This document shows positions 45,720 through 47,769 of a DNA stretch of 47,769 bases, one piece after another (the first letter of the stretch is position 1; each line of letters begins with the position of its first letter). The stretch lies in contig JBDLWE010000022.1 of assembly GCA_039804445.1 (NCBI GenBank), positions 1-47,769 on the forward strand, read 5' to 3'. Source of the stretch: Bacteroidota bacterium. Its GTDB lineage: Bacteria > Bacteroidota > Bacteroidia > Flavobacteriales > Flavobacteriaceae. The position numbers were made by a program, and so were the translations under genes. Below the pieces are notes generated by a model. That model ran no database searches. It worked only from the letters and a program-made list of their open reading frames with translations, and was not told the DNA's origin.

Positions 45720-46163
45720 TTAACATTTGTGTTTCATGATTTTGCGATTGTGCAACTCAAAACCGTTGGCAAGATATAATTTTTGTGCCAAATGATTGTG
45801 GTTTTCAACTTCGAGATACATCATTTTTATGTTTAAATTTCTGGCTTTGACTTTTATAAATTCGATTGCCGATTGTCCTATACCCTGACCTCTTGCGCCG
45901 TCACGAATGAAAATTTCGTCTAAAAAAGCCAATCGCCCTTTGTATTCAAAACTAAAAATAAAAGTAAGAATGAAATATCCAACGATTTCTTGTTCACTGT
46001 ATATAAGGTAACATTTTCCTGAATTTTCGTTTGCAATAAAATCTCCAAACAATTTTTTTGCAATAGCAACATCAATATGATAATTGTCTATGGCATAAAA
46101 ATCTTGCATCATCTTTACAACTTCATTAATTTTATTAGTTGCCAAAAGTTCATACCTAATCAT
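45720..46163 (-). CDS. GNAT-family N-acetyltransferase
   Basis: RGQGIG and N..AQKLY...GF acetyl-CoA motifs. Confidence 0.9.
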   Translation of the reverse strand: MIRYELLATNKINEVVKMMQDFYAIDNYHIDVAIAKKLFGDFIANENSGKCYLIYSEQEIVGYFILTFIFSFEYKGRLAFLDEIFIRDGARGQGIGQSAIEFIKVKARNLNIKMMYLEVENHNHLAQKLYLANGFELHNRKIMKHKC

Positions 46164-47419
46164 TGCAAATGGTTTAAAATCAATGCGGTTGCACCAACGT
46201 TCATTTTTACGAAAGTGCTACAAATATGCCCCTTTTCTAATCTTTCGTCTTGATTTTGAATTAAACTATCAAAAACCTCGGTCAATTGTTCATTATTTGA
46301 AATCGATAAACAACCGCCTAAATTAACTAAGGCAACTGCCTCGGCAAAATGCGAAAAATTTGGTCCCACCAAAATTGGAATTCCAAAAGTCGCCGGTTCC
46401 AGAATGTTGTGCACACCCGGACTTCCAAAACCACCACCCACGAAGGCAATGTCTGCATAGGCATATATTTTGGTCAAAAGCCCAACGATATCAACAATCA
46501 ACACATCATATTCGGACAAGTTTTTGTTGCCCTTTTCTGAAAATAAAATCGTTTTTTTAGTTATCGAAGATTGAAGATCGTCAATTTGTGTTTTACAAAT
46601 ATTGTGCGGCGCAATAACAAATTTTATGCTTCGAGATAGATTGATATAATTGATAAGTAATTCCTCGTCTTTTGGCCACGAGCTTCCGATAACCACCAAT
46701 GTTTTTTTTGTACTTGTCCCACTGAGCGCAGTCGAAGTACCGCCTACAAACGAATCCATAAAATCTAACCGACTGTCTATATCTAAAATGGCCGCGACCC
46801 TATCAAAACGTGTGTCGCCAGATACTTTTATGTTTTGAAAACCTATACTTTGTAACAACATTTTAGAGGCATCATTTTGAACAAAAAAATACTTAAATGT
46901 CTGCAAAGCATTTCGATAAAAACCACCATACCATCTAAAAAAAACTTGATTTTCTCTAAAAATTCCCGATATTAAGTAAGTTTTTATCTGTTGTTTATAA
47001 AGTTCACGCAAATAGTTTGGCCAAAATTCATATTTTATAAAAAATACCATTTCAGGTTTTACCAAATCGAGAAATTTCTTGACATTGGATTTTATATCTA
47101 AAGGCATATAAACAGTAACATCTGCCACGACATTGTTTTTCCGAACCTCAAATCCCGATGGCGAAAAAAAAGTGAGTATAATTTTATGGTCAGGAAATTT
47201 AGTTTTAATGGCTTCCATAACCGGCAAGCCTTGCTCATACTCGCCTAGCGATGCAGCATGAAACCAAATTGTTTTGTCTGATGCCGATATTTTTTTCGAC
47301 AAAACCTCAAAAACATCGTTTCGCCCGACAACAAAAAGTTTGATTTTTGGACTGAAAAATGCAATTATTTTTAAAATAAATTCAGAAATAACAACTAATG
47401 AATTATATAGAAAAAACAT
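46160..47419 (-). CDS. waaA: 3-deoxy-D-manno-octulosonic acid (Kdo) transferase
   Basis: WFHAASLGE, KYEFWPN, GDTRFD, FVGGG..HNILEPA. Confidence 0.93.
   Translation of the reverse strand: MFFLYNSLVVISEFILKIIAFFSPKIKLFVVGRNDVFEVLSKKISASDKTIWFHAASLGEYEQGLPVMEAIKTKFPDHKIILTFFSPSGFEVRKNNVVADVTVYMPLDIKSNVKKFLDLVKPEMVFFIKYEFWPNYLRELYKQQIKTYLISGIFRENQVFFRWYGGFYRNALQTFKYFFVQNDASKMLLQSIGFQNIKVSGDTRFDRVAAILDIDSRLDFMDSFVGGTSTALSGTSTKKTLVVIGSSWPKDEELLINYINLSRSIKFVIAPHNICKTQIDDLQSSITKKTILFSEKGNKNLSEYDVLIVDIVGLLTKIYAYADIAFVGGGFGSPGVHNILEPATFGIPILVGPNFSHFAEAVALVNLGGCLSISNNEQLTEVFDSLIQNQDERLEKGHICSTFVKMNVGATALILNHLQ
46710..46740. repeat. Palindromic repeat apparently inserted in frame in waaA
   Basis: GTACTT-GTCCCACTGAGCGCAGTCG-AAGTAC; GC-rich island, GTAC at both ends, encodes TSTALSGTST. 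Confidence 0.55.
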
Positions 47420-47686
47420 TTAAGGAAATTTTTTGTAAATGTCTTTGCGGTTTGCAAACACAATCAACTGTAATGTGGAATTATCCACAAAAATACCTAG
47501 CCTAAATTGTCCTATTTTTATTCTATAAAATCCGTCAGCACGCGACATTTTTTTTACATCCAAAATCTCGGTCAAATTTTTTGCCTCTACAATAATATCA
47601 GCTGTTGCCTTTAACTCAGATAAAAGATCTACATTTCTTGTTTTCTTGATGGATCGTAGGTACGAATTCATAATGACTACTTCCAT
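47420..47686 (-). CDS. RelE/ParE family toxin
   Basis: 88 aa, FYRIKIGQFRLG, RKDIYKKFP end; its TAA directly precedes the waaA ATG. Confidence 0.85.
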   Translation of the reverse strand: MEVVIMNSYLRSIKKTRNVDLLSELKATADIIVEAKNLTEILDVKKMSRADGFYRIKIGQFRLGIFVDNSTLQLIVFANRKDIYKKFP

Positions 47687-47769
47687 TTACCCAGTACGTT
47701 TTCGATATCTTCGGGGCTAGCAATCCCAGACTTCATACCTTCTTTCATTAATAGCACCAAATTTCGCTC
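47677..47769 (-). CDS. Putative antitoxin, C-terminal part (5' end outside the window)
   Basis: ...ERNLVLLMKEGMKSGIASPEDIENVLGKWK*; overlaps the toxin start by 10 nt (ATGGAAGTAG). Confidence 0.6.
   Translation of the reverse strand, partial: ERNLVLLMKEGMKSGIASPEDIENVLGKWK

Overview
AT-rich chromosomal segment of a Flavobacterium-like member of Bacteroidota. Evidence: TAnnTTTG -7 promoters, no Shine-Dalgarno sites, a short primary sigma factor, TamL and an S46 peptidase. The backbone is housekeeping: purH (partial), ABC permease, accD, fbaA, tamL, a TrmH methylase, a GYDIA kinase, a PpiD-like PPIase, fabD, folA, a pseudouridine synthase, mevalonate-pathway genes, tspO, complete nuoA-N, rpoD, rpe and waaA. 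I see no tRNA, rRNA, CRISPR, intact transposase or integrase. The interesting layer lies between the housekeeping genes. (1) At least six small accessory cassettes sit co-oriented inside or against core operons, often coupled by stop/start overlaps: two DUF4160/DUF2442 pairs and an ORF6N tandem inside nuo, RelE/ParE pairs in the mevalonate operon and ahead of waaA, and an orphan between fbaA and accD. Most carry a premature stop or a lost ATG. (2) Seven copies of a modular structured element (probably Flavo-1-like) have a conserved core, a variable long hairpin and a closing stem that covaries within this window. (3) An internally deleted REP-associated tyrosine transposase (RAYT) lies between inverted REP-like repeats, and the same REPs bracket an intact toxin-antitoxin pair. 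(4) A palindromic repeat appears inserted in frame into waaA. All family calls come from recognising motifs by eye; no searches were run.
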